Below are positions 56,611 through 64,000 of a stretch of DNA of 64,000 bases, in pieces. The translations under genes were made by a program, and so were the position numbers. Position 1 is the first letter of the stretch. Each line of letters opens with the position of its first letter. The notes under the pieces are model-generated. The model did not search any database. It saw nothing but the letters and a program-made list of their open reading frames with translations, and had not been told where the DNA came from. Source of the DNA: Actinomycetes bacterium (lineage in GTDB: Bacteria > Actinomycetota > Acidimicrobiia > Acidimicrobiales > JABEUL01). The stretch spans positions 9,875 to 73,874 of the forward strand of contig JAJYVQ010000001.1 of NCBI GenBank assembly GCA_021791915.1, in the 5' to 3' direction.

Positions 56611-57195
56611 CTAAAGATAAGTTCCCGGTCGCAATTCACCCCTAGGAGCTGAACCATCGGAGTTAAGACTACCTGGTGCTTGCATTTGAGACCGTAATGC
56701 CATCTGCTGTGCGAAAAGAGTAGCTTGAATACCGTGAAACAGCCCCTCCAACCAACCCACTAACTGGGCTTGTGCCACCCGAAGCTCAGCTTCCGAGGGA
56801 GCTTCATCATTAAACGGTAGGGAAATTCGTTCCAACTCTCGAATCAAATCCGGAGAGAGGGTCTCGGACAACTCCTTTATGGAAATATTGTAGATCTCGC
56901 CCAATCTCGAACGCGCTTGCTCATCTAACTTTGAACGTCGGACTTCATCTAGTAGTTGTTTGACCATAGATCCTATACGCATAACCTTTGCGGGTTGCTC
57001 AACCATCTCTACCATCTGAAGATCTCCACCAGTCTCATTTTTGAGAACTTCTACTAGATCGCCGTGTGACTTATCCTCTACTTCACCTTTATCACTTAAT
57101 TCGAATTGATCGCCTTCAACACTTAAAGTAGAAAAGCTTAAGCCGGAGCAAAAACTTCTGTATCCCAACATATCTTTATTCGAGAAAAATTTCAT
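56611..57195 (-). CDS. bpa: bacterial proteasome activator (Bpa/PafE family)
   Basis: 194 aa. Helical core MRIGSMVKQLLDEVR...AELRVAQAQLVGWLEGLFHGIQATLFAQQMA and the C-terminal tail ...GTYL (the Mycobacterium protein ends GQYL). Confidence 0.75.
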   Translation of the reverse strand: MKFFSNKDMLGYRSFCSGLSFSTLSVEGDQFELSDKGEVEDKSHGDLVEVLKNETGGDLQMVEMVEQPAKVMRIGSMVKQLLDEVRRSKLDEQARSRLGEIYNISIKELSETLSPDLIRELERISLPFNDEAPSEAELRVAQAQLVGWLEGLFHGIQATLFAQQMALRSQMQAPGSLNSDGSAPRGELRPGTYL

Positions 57196-57619
57196 TCTAA
57201 ACCTTACTTATTTGAAATTAACATTTGAAACTGTTAGACAACATTCGAAATTCGCTCGCACTCACAAGTGGCGATTGTTTTCGACGATTAATTACAACTT
57301 TCACATATAAAGTCTTAATATACGCTATGCAACAATCTCTGGCTTAAATACGCTGCGATAATAATATTGCCCTATAAATTATCATAACAGGTAGGCCGAT
57401 CAGTTGATGCAAACTTTTCCTACCCGTTGACAATTTTTAAAAATTGAACCGAACTTAGAATCAGACGAAAACTTGATTGAATAACCTTATAGATACTTTC
57501 GAACTTATCTTTTGTCCTTTTTTTATTAGCCGTTAACATTAAATTAAAATTAGACGGATTAAGTGTATAACATATTCTTGTATTCACAGGTTATTAAAAA
57601 TCAAACTAATATATACACT

Positions 57620-58063
57620 ATGCGAGTATCAACCCGGGGTGACTATGCCTCAAGAGCTTTACTTTCTTTAGCCCTACATACCCAAGACATCGGACCCACT
57701 TCAGTAAAAGACTTGGCCGACAGAACCGGACTACCCCAACCTTATCTAGAACAGATATTGCTAGCGCTAAAAGGTGCCGGTATAGTAACCTCTAAGAGAG
57801 GTGTCGGTGGGGGCTATATACTTGCCAAGCCTTTTAATCAAATCACCTTAGGTGACATAGTAAGTGCAGTCGACGGACCAATATCCGCAGGTGATTTTGG
57901 AAGACCTCACGAAAACGGAGCCTGTGAACACGAAGGACAGTGTGTATTGCTTGAAGTTTGGGATGAAGTAGGAAAACATATGAAAGAACATTTATCGACA
58001 TTTACGATTCAAGACATGGTTGACCGGGCTTTGGGCAAAACCGACGCTAAACGCCTTCACTAA
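57620..58063 (+). CDS. Rrf2 family transcriptional regulator
   Basis: MRVSTRGDYASRALLSLA, the winged HTH LPQPYLEQILLALKGAGIVTSKRGVGGGY and a Cys pair CEHEGQC. The start is moved to the ATG at 57620, inside ORF-track 57563..58063. Confidence 0.85.
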   Translation: MRVSTRGDYASRALLSLALHTQDIGPTSVKDLADRTGLPQPYLEQILLALKGAGIVTSKRGVGGGYILAKPFNQITLGDIVSAVDGPISAGDFGRPHENGACEHEGQCVLLEVWDEVGKHMKEHLSTFTIQDMVDRALGKTDAKRLH

Positions 58064-58140
58064 GGGGTTAAACAGTTGTATCCGTAGAAGATCACTATAA
58101 GAATTTTACCGTAGGTTGCAATAATATATAAAAACTCACT

Positions 58141-58177
58141 GGAATAATTCACCTGGAATAATTCACCTGGAATAATT
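58141..58177. repeat. tandem repeat, 14 bp x2.6 (GGAATAATTCACCT)
   Basis: Units at 58141-58154 and 58155-58168, partial unit at 58169-58177. Located between two convergent genes. Confidence 0.85.
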
Positions 58178-58190
58178 AATTCGTTAGAAT

Positions 58191-58754
58191 TCAGTCAATT
58201 GTGTAGTTCCACTTTAAAATTGCTCTTGTCTCATGTTCGTAACCTAAAATACTTATCGAGCAAGGACTTAAAACCAATTGAGATGCCAATGAAGCGTCGC
58301 AATTTATCCAAGCAGCTCCGATTAATCGCAAAATATGTCCGTGAGCAAACATTAAGACATTTTCTTTTTCGTACTGCTCAACAAGTCCAATTACTTTTTG
58401 AGCCCTGACGTAGACTTGGGATAAAGTTTCTCCATTCTCCACACCATTTTTGAATAAAGACCATCCAGGATATATTTGACGCATCTGTTCTGTGGTCTTA
58501 CCTTCTGTATCGCCATAGTCCCATTCAACGAGCAGTGGTTCTATGTCAACATTTTCATAGCCTGCATTAAATGCAGTATCAAGTGCTCTAGTTTTTGGCG
58601 AGCTCAATACCTTGCTAAAACTAATATTATTCAAATACGACCTAAGTAGCTTAGCTTCTGCAATTCCATTTTCGGTTAATGGGATGTCCGTAGTTCCAGT
58701 ATGCTGACCCGTAATTGACCACTTTGTTTGCCCATGTCGAACTAAATAAATCAC
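58191..58754 (-). CDS. histidine phosphatase family protein (phosphoglycerate mutase-like)
   Basis: 187 aa. IYLVRHGQTKWS contains the catalytic RHG, and a later HGH is present. Confidence 0.8.
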   Translation of the reverse strand: MIYLVRHGQTKWSITGQHTGTTDIPLTENGIAEAKLLRSYLNNISFSKVLSSPKTRALDTAFNAGYENVDIEPLLVEWDYGDTEGKTTEQMRQIYPGWSLFKNGVENGETLSQVYVRAQKVIGLVEQYEKENVLMFAHGHILRLIGAAWINCDASLASQLVLSPCSISILGYEHETRAILKWNYTID

Positions 58755-58875
58755 AATTAAAAAAAGGTTCTAAAGGTTTAAAAAATTATTTACGATTTAC
58801 AAAAGTATATAGGAAGTACTGGCTCAGATATATATCAGTACATAAATTCATAACGTATTGTATAAATTAATGAGC

Positions 58876-59109
58876 TTAGATATCATTTAGAAATTTACCT
58901 TCAGCAATATATACCCGTTTCCCGTCTGTTGTATCTACCCAAACGCGCATAAGTCTATTCGTGCTTGGATCTCGAAAGATCTCGTCTGTTTTAACAAGAT
59001 TTCTTGTATCAGCAGAAATTAACTCCCCGTGTCTCTTGCGAAAAAAACTATAGATTACGGTGCTAATTATCACCACCAAAACAATTACGATAACTGTTAC
59101 GACAATCAT
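58876..59109 (-). CDS. small single-pass membrane protein, unknown function
   Basis: 77 aa. The N-terminal helix IVVTVIVIVLVVIISTVIY is followed by a charged soluble tail. Confidence 0.4.
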   Translation of the reverse strand: MIVVTVIVIVLVVIISTVIYSFFRKRHGELISADTRNLVKTDEIFRDPSTNRLMRVWVDTTDGKRVYIAEGKFLNDI

Positions 59110-59200
59110 TTGTACTCTGATGCAATTTAGATAGCAAAAATAATCTGTTAAATATCAGCCTGCAACAATCATCCAAGAAGGCATGCTTTCGTTTGGCAGA

Positions 59201-59581
59201 TCAGACTGTAGTTCTATTTTGAGGTATTACGACCACCGCAGTTCCGTAAGCAACCACCTCGGTCACGCCCTGAACAATTTCTGACGAATCAAATCTCATG
59301 CCAATAATAGCATTAGCACCAATTACCCTTGCGTTATCTATCATTCTATCCAATGCATGTCTTCTTGAGTCTTCAACCAATTGTGTATACTGTTTAATTT
59401 CTCCACCAGCAATTTGTTTAAAACTCGCACCGATCGATTTACCGACTCCCACTGACCTGGCAACAATCCCATATACAATACCCAATTCCTGTACTACTTG
59501 AGTACCAGCAATGTTAATTCCGGTAGTAATGGGAAGAACCACCTGTGGGTTAAGTTGTTCATTCTGTTCGCTATAAGTCAT
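59201..59581 (-). CDS. YbjQ family (UPF0145) protein
   Basis: 126 aa. GIVARSVGVGKSIGASFKQIAGGEIKQYTQLVEDSRRHALDRMIDNARVIGANAIIGMRFD matches the YbjQ pattern. Confidence 0.75.
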   Translation of the reverse strand: MTYSEQNEQLNPQVVLPITTGINIAGTQVVQELGIVYGIVARSVGVGKSIGASFKQIAGGEIKQYTQLVEDSRRHALDRMIDNARVIGANAIIGMRFDSSEIVQGVTEVVAYGTAVVVIPQNRTTV

Positions 59582-59644
59582 TCATGCTCCAAACTTTGTC
59601 AATTAATTATATCTATTTCGATAGTGTAGCACTATTATCAACCC

Positions 59645-59735
59645 GCTAACTAGTAGTGGGTCAAATTGACCCTAACCATTCTAAATCAGACAAATCATTC
59701 TAAAATGCGAGACCATACCAACCTCGATAATGTTT
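59645..59735. repeat. copy B of the ~95 bp dispersed element, with palindrome GGGTCAA-A-TTGACCC (59658..59672)
   Basis: Aligns by eye with 2014..2110. It starts 64 bp upstream of the ybjQ-like start codon. Confidence 0.75.
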
Positions 59736-59840
59736 ACAACTACAGTTATTTAAGCATTTTCTAATTACACACGTCTTATAAATTTAAATCTGTTTATAAA
59801 TTACAATCTGTCTTGCGTCGCGAGGTTCTGTTTTAGAATA

Positions 59841-59857
59841 TGTTCACAATGTGAACA
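59841..59857. promoter_or_regulatory. perfect 8-1-8 inverted repeat TGTTCACA-A-TGTGAACA (candidate operator)
   Basis: Read directly from the sequence. Located in the 613 bp spacer between the carboxypeptidase gene and the ybjQ-like gene. Confidence 0.3.
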
Positions 59858-59872
59858 CCTTTGAGATGTTTA

Positions 59873-59912
59873 TTGTGGTATGACTGTGTAATTTGTGGTA
59901 TGACTGTGTAAT
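59873..59912. repeat. tandem repeat, 20 bp x2 (TTGTGGTATGACTGTGTAAT)
   Basis: Units at 59873-59892 and 59893-59912, identical. Confidence 0.9.
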
Positions 59913-60194
59913 CTTTTCTACTAGCTTATTCTTTCTAATATAAATCTTGTAATAGCAGATTTCAACCTACTTCAAATTCTGATCTGCTTAAATCTTTCTT
60001 TGTTGTGTATTAGTTCCAGGATTATCTGTGGTTCCTTCGCTTGATTTAGACAGAGTTGCAACTTTCAAATCTTCGTGAGTTATTAAATCGAAAATATTTA
60101 CTATCTGCTTTCTTCATTTGTGGGTAAAATCTTTCCTTTGATCAGCGATTTTCCTGTAAATCGTAGATTAGTTTTAACTAACTTTTTAATAGGT

Positions 60195-61505
60195 TCAAAC
60201 TGTATATATTTTTAGGACATAGTTGTTAATATTTCCAACCGTGACATAAATCGTACCGATAACAGAACCTTTCACCATCATTGCCTTATTTAACTTATTG
60301 ATCTTTTTCTTAAAACTTATCAACGTGCCGTTTTCAGCATAAAATGAAATTGGTGTGACACTGAGTTGTAGGCTCTCCGAAGTACTTCCTTTTTCATATA
60401 TCCTACCGATAAAGCTATCGGACGGAAAATTAACTAAACTTAACCCTTTGACGAAACTTCCATACATGATTTGGCCGTACTTGGCAAGTTGTCTTAAGAT
60501 GGAAAAAGTTCCCGCCAAACCTATCAATGCTCCAACAACTGTTAAAATCTTTCCTTGGAAATTTGCAGGAGTCGCAAATACCAAGACCCCGCCCGCCTGA
60601 GGGGTATATCCAGTTTTAATTCCAAAAGTACCGTCTACGCCCAACATCGGATTTGTACTTTGTTGCCAACCCGAAATCGGAAAGTTTATGAAAGGCTGAT
60701 CCACAATTTGTTTTACTACGGGATTTGAAATTAAAGCCATGGCGAGTAAAGTCTGATCATAAGCCGTGGAGATATCTCCAGGACTTAACCCACTCGGATC
60801 TACATAATCAGTATTTTTCATCCCCAGTAAAGCAGCTTGAGCATTCATCTTAACCACAAAACTTGAAACTGTTTTGGCATCAATCCTAGCCAATATCAAA
60901 GCTACATTATCAGCACTGGGTACCAACAGATAAGTTAGCAGCTGTCGTTCGGTTAATACTTCTCCCGCAACTATTTTTGATTCTGAATCACCTTGAGATA
61001 CTGCTTGAGCCCACTCCTGTTGATCTAATTGAGTTGCGGTATAACTAAATCCATTTGAAGTTGATGAAAGTGGATAGTCTTTAAGGATTATATATGCCGT
61101 CATCAGCTTAGTAACACTCGCCAAGGGTTTGGGAATATTATCTCCACTGGTGGCTAAAACACCGGATCCTACAACTCCAACTGCAGATTCTATGGGACTG
61201 GGAGGCCATTGAATATTCTGAACTGATTGATTTAACTGTGAGGGTGCTACATTAACTTGTGACGACTGTGTAGGCGGTAGTGACTGTCCTGTTGATTGCG
61301 ACACCAAGTATGCATTTGGTATCGAAAGTGTCACCTTAAAAGTCGGTACGATCTTATTTGATACAAGATTATCGTATACAAAGAACGAACAAATAGCGAT
61401 CACGACCAAAAATACAATAAGACTGAGTCTTCGGCGCCTCCTTAGAACCGCTTTACGTCTATGGTTCCTAATATATATTCGATTTTCATATACCGAGTTA
61501 GTCAT
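60195..61505 (-). CDS. D-alanyl-D-alanine carboxypeptidase (serine-type, PBP5/S11-like) with N-terminal membrane anchor
   Basis: 436 aa. Anchor LSLIVFLVVIAICSFFVY, then the active-site triad of motifs SVTK (SxxK), SADN (SxN) and KTGYT (KTG). Confidence 0.82.
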   Translation of the reverse strand: MTNSVYENRIYIRNHRRKAVLRRRRRLSLIVFLVVIAICSFFVYDNLVSNKIVPTFKVTLSIPNAYLVSQSTGQSLPPTQSSQVNVAPSQLNQSVQNIQWPPSPIESAVGVVGSGVLATSGDNIPKPLASVTKLMTAYIILKDYPLSSTSNGFSYTATQLDQQEWAQAVSQGDSESKIVAGEVLTERQLLTYLLVPSADNVALILARIDAKTVSSFVVKMNAQAALLGMKNTDYVDPSGLSPGDISTAYDQTLLAMALISNPVVKQIVDQPFINFPISGWQQSTNPMLGVDGTFGIKTGYTPQAGGVLVFATPANFQGKILTVVGALIGLAGTFSILRQLAKYGQIMYGSFVKGLSLVNFPSDSFIGRIYEKGSTSESLQLSVTPISFYAENGTLISFKKKINKLNKAMMVKGSVIGTIYVTVGNINNYVLKIYTV

Positions 61506-61718
61506 TTAACTAAAAAAGAATTTTAACAGAAATAGATATAGTTTTTGTGTTCTAAAAGGTTATTTACCTCTATACAAATTTTTCGCAAAAGTAACAACAT
61601 TTACAAATTGCACAGCACGCTTAAAAACGATTGTAAAAACATTTCTGCTTTTAATCTAAATATTGGTAACACTTTTGCACTTTTTATCGATTTAACTTAA
61701 TGAGTCATATTAAAAGTA

Positions 61719-61788
61719 AATATTCACAGAATAATATTCCCAGAGTAATATTCCCAGAGTAATATTCCCAGAGTAATATTCACAGAAT
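61719..61788. repeat. tandem repeat, 14 bp x5 (AATATTCMCAGARТ-type unit: AATATTCACAGAAT / AATATTCCCAGAGT)
   Basis: Units start at 61719, 61733, 61747, 61761 and 61775. The outer two units read CACAGAAT and the inner three read CCCAGAGT. Confidence 0.9.
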
Positions 61789-61874
61789 ATAGGGAATTAG
61801 AAGTCGTGATTTAAATGTATAAAGTAATGCAAGTTTAAACACAGTAACTAAATTGTACTACCTAGAAATATAAA

Positions 61875-61941
61875 ACATTGGACATAGTACCAGACATTGG
61901 ACATAGTACCAGACATTGGACATGATATTAGACATTATTAG
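61875..61941. repeat. tandem repeat, 19 bp x3 plus a degenerate tail (ACATTGGACATAGTACCAG)
   Basis: Units at 61875-61893 and 61894-61912, a diverged unit at 61913-61931, then ACATTATTAG. Confidence 0.85.
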
Positions 61942-62018
61942 ACAACAACTTCAATTAAGGATCAAACTAAATTACTACCATGGCTTTTATGGCCAAAACA
62001 GTTACTAAGACGCTCAAG

Positions 62019-62076
62019 GTTATTGACATATTTAAAAAGTTATTGAGATATTGAACAGGTTATTGACATATTAAAA
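62019..62076. repeat. tandem repeat, ~20 bp x3 (GTTATTGACATATTTAAAAA), each unit carrying a TTGAC/GA -35-like hexamer
   Basis: Units start at 62019, 62039 and 62059. The last TTGACA (62063-62068) lies about 50 bp upstream of the ATG at 62116. Confidence 0.85.
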
Positions 62077-62115
62077 GTTCTATACGTAAGCTAAAACAAA
62101 TGAAAGCGAGGATAT

Positions 62116-64000
62116 ATGAGAAAAATTAACTTCAACAGAAGTCGTTTTACTTTAAGCAAAATTCCATTAAAACAAAAGCACACTACCCGCTTAATAAAAT
62201 TACAGTCGGCAAATAGCTCCAGAGATACCACATTTTTCAGACGATTAACTAAGACACTTACACTTGCAGTGGTAATTACACTACTGTCTGCTTACATGTT
62301 TGTTATGATCCCTATGGGGACGAACAAACTAAAAAATTCCTCTCTTACCTCCAATTCGACGCCATTAGCATGGACTGCTTACGTTGGCAACCCTGGCTCT
62401 AATAATATTGTGCCCTTTAACACATCTACAGAAAATCTTGGAACTCCAATCAGTGTGGGAAACGGACAAAGGTCCGTAGCCATAACTCCCAATGATTCGA
62501 CACTATATATTTGCAATCATGCAGGAACTATTTCATATGTTAATATAGCCACGGGATCTGGATCTGGAAATATAGGCATTGGTGGCGGGTCTGCTCCGTA
62601 TGCTATGGCAATCACGCCCAAAGGGACCGCAGGTTATATTGCTGATTACGGCGGAAGCAAAATAATTCCAGTTAACACCGTTACGAATTCACCTGGATCA
62701 TCTATAGTATTAAGCGGTGCGCCTAATGATGTTGCGGTGACACCGAACGGAGACTATGTTTTAGCTACGGTCCCTTCAAGTAATCAAGTAGTAATATTGT
62801 CAACTTCCACAACCGCTATTTTAAATACGGTTACAGTACCAGGCGCATCGGGAGTAAGTATTCAGCCAAACGGCCAAGTCGCATGGATAGCCAGTTCTTC
62901 TAGTGATTCGATCTATCCTCTATACTTGGCAAGTGATACCGTTGGGACAGCAATTCAGGTCGGGAAAGACCCTCAGGGAATAGCAGTAACCCCAAACGGA
63001 CAACAGGTTCTCGTTACAAACTATAACTCTAACACTGTAAGCGTTATATCTACAAGTACCTTTCAGGTTTTGAACACTTTTACAGTTGGCCAAAATCCCA
63101 TCGCAATAGCTGTAACTCCCGATTCAAAGATGGCTTATGTCGTAAATAGCGGAGACGGAACTGTTATGCCAGTAGTATTAGCTACAGATACTCCCCAAAC
63201 AGCATTTAGTATCGGAGTAGGAATAGATTCAATAGCAATCGATCCAGATCAAGCTCCCGTAGCACAACTCAGCGTCACGCCAGCTCCTGCAGGAAGTGCG
63301 ACCACCTTTGACGCCTCACACTCAACGGTCACGTTTGGAACCATAGTCAAGTATGTATGGAACTTCGGAGATGGTACTTCTCAAACTACAACAGTGCCAA
63401 CAACCAGCCACACTTATCTGGTGGGTGGAAGCTATTTGGCCTCCGTTACCGAAACTGACTCAGCCGGAACTTCTATAACGAGGACCTTTACTGGTCAAAC
63501 TATGTCTCAAAACGGCGGGTATTCTGCGGTTGCTTCACAAGACGTATACGTTCCGACATTTACTACACCTAACTGGGAAGCATACGTAGCTAACTCATCA
63601 GCTAATACCGTAACTCCCGTTAACGTTGCAACTGACGTAGCTGGCTCCCCTATAACAGTAGGAACTGATCCGGTGGCTTTAGCGATCACCCCTAACGCAT
63701 TTGATGTATTGGTTGTAAATAAAACATCAAACACCGTAAGTGAAATTGCGACTTCAAACAACTCCGTAGTAAAAACAGTAACTTTGGCTAGTGCTCCCGA
63801 TGCAATTGCAATTTCACCAGACGGTACCACCGCTTGGATCGCAGAGTATGGGGCAAATCAAGTAGTCCCGATTAACTTAAATTCAATGACAATCGGTACT
63901 TCAATTTCAGTAGGAACGGAACCAGACGCCATAGCAATTTCTCCAGACGGAACAACATTATATGTTGCCAACTACAACAATGCAAACGTTTCTGTCATTG
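62116..64000 (+). CDS. large membrane-anchored surface protein: YVTN beta-propeller + PKD-like domain + second YVTN beta-propeller; runs off the right edge
   Basis: Hand translation from ATG 62116 (GAGGA upstream) stays open to 64000. It reads MRKINFNRSRF..., anchor LTLAVVITLLSAYMFVMI, blades VGKDPQGIAVTPNGQQVLVTNYNSNTVSVIST and VGQNPIAIAVTPDSKMAYVVNSGDGTV, a PKD-like segment FDASHSTVTFGTIVKYVWNFGDGTSQTT..SHTYLVGGSYLASVTETDSAGTS, then new blades VGTDPVALAITPNAFDVLVVNKTSNTVSEI and VGTEPDAIAISPDGTTLYVANYNNANVSVI. It is absent from the ORF track because it is truncated. Confidence 0.8.
   Translation, partial: MRKINFNRSRFTLSKIPLKQKHTTRLIKLQSANSSRDTTFFRRLTKTLTLAVVITLLSAYMFVMIPMGTNKLKNSSLTSNSTPLAWTAYVGNPGSNNIVPFNTSTENLGTPISVGNGQRSVAITPNDSTLYICNHAGTISYVNIATGSGSGNIGIGGGSAPYAMAITPKGTAGYIADYGGSKIIPVNTVTNSPGSSIVLSGAPNDVAVTPNGDYVLATVPSSNQVVILSTSTTAILNTVTVPGASGVSIQPNGQVAWIASSSSDSIYPLYLASDTVGTAIQVGKDPQGIAVTPNGQQVLVTNYNSNTVSVISTSTFQVLNTFTVGQNPIAIAVTPDSKMAYVVNSGDGTVMPVVLATDTPQTAFSIGVGIDSIAIDPDQAPVAQLSVTPAPAGSATTFDASHSTVTFGTIVKYVWNFGDGTSQTTTVPTTSHTYLVGGSYLASVTETDSAGTSITRTFTGQTMSQNGGYSAVASQDVYVPTFTTPNWEAYVANSSANTVTPVNVATDVAGSPITVGTDPVALAITPNAFDVLVVNKTSNTVSEIATSNNSVVKTVTLASAPDAIAISPDGTTAWIAEYGANQVVPINLNSMTIGTSISVGTEPDAIAISPDGTTLYVANYNNANVSVI

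Noticed and set aside
61719-62076. Possible CRISPR array, given three clusters of direct repeats
   Set aside because: The units are 14-20 bp and directly abutting with no spacers. Each cluster has a different unit, and no cas genes are in the window. These are plain tandem repeats.
63507-63830. 107 aa ORF on the minus strand
   Set aside because: It lies antisense inside the long open YVTN-PKD frame that starts at 62116. The plus-strand frame carries clear repeated domain motifs and this one does not.
1-64000. tRNA, rRNA, transposase, integrase, phage or defence-system genes
   Set aside because: I scanned the long spacers and all tracked ORFs by eye. I found no cloverleaf-like GC-rich segments, no rRNA-like sequence, and no recombinase, nuclease or reverse-transcriptase motifs. 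The absence cannot be proven without tRNAscan, Infernal or HMM runs.

Overview
The window is visibly AT-rich, and its gene content and order look actinobacterial: infC-rpmI-rplT-TrmH-pheS-pheT, fmt...rpe-ribD-ribBA-ribH, rbfA-truB-ribF, a menaquinone (men) cluster, glpD/glpK, and a proteasome activator Bpa ending in GTYL. About 57 protein-coding genes are supported, most on the minus strand. By eye I found no rRNA, tRNA, CRISPR array, transposase or integrase. Several cell-envelope glycosylation loci sit between the housekeeping genes. (1) At 12.5-17 kb lies a Gtr-like trio: a GT2-methyltransferase fusion, a GtrA-like protein and a DUF2079-like polytopic protein. (2) At 29.3-38.1 kb lies the most interesting locus, an island of three membrane-anchored YVTN beta-propeller proteins interleaved with two paralogous PMT_2/ArnT-like GT-C glycosyltransferases, one fused to a second, DUF2142-like module. 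(3) From 62.1 kb a large YVTN-PKD-YVTN surface protein runs off the right edge; its upstream spacer carries three different tandem-repeat arrays. (4) At 23-25 kb a lipoprotein glycoside hydrolase and a membrane protein sit inside the fmt...rpe block. (5) At 1.9-2.5 kb lies a decayed paralog of the GT2-methyltransferase gene. Other points of interest are a Fur-like/rubrerythrin/HdrD-like Fe-S/DUF3501 operon, a membrane-anchored MurF-like ligase, a ~95 bp palindrome-containing element present twice, and many short unique tandem repeats in long spacers. All function calls rest on reading motifs in the supplied translations; no database search was possible.
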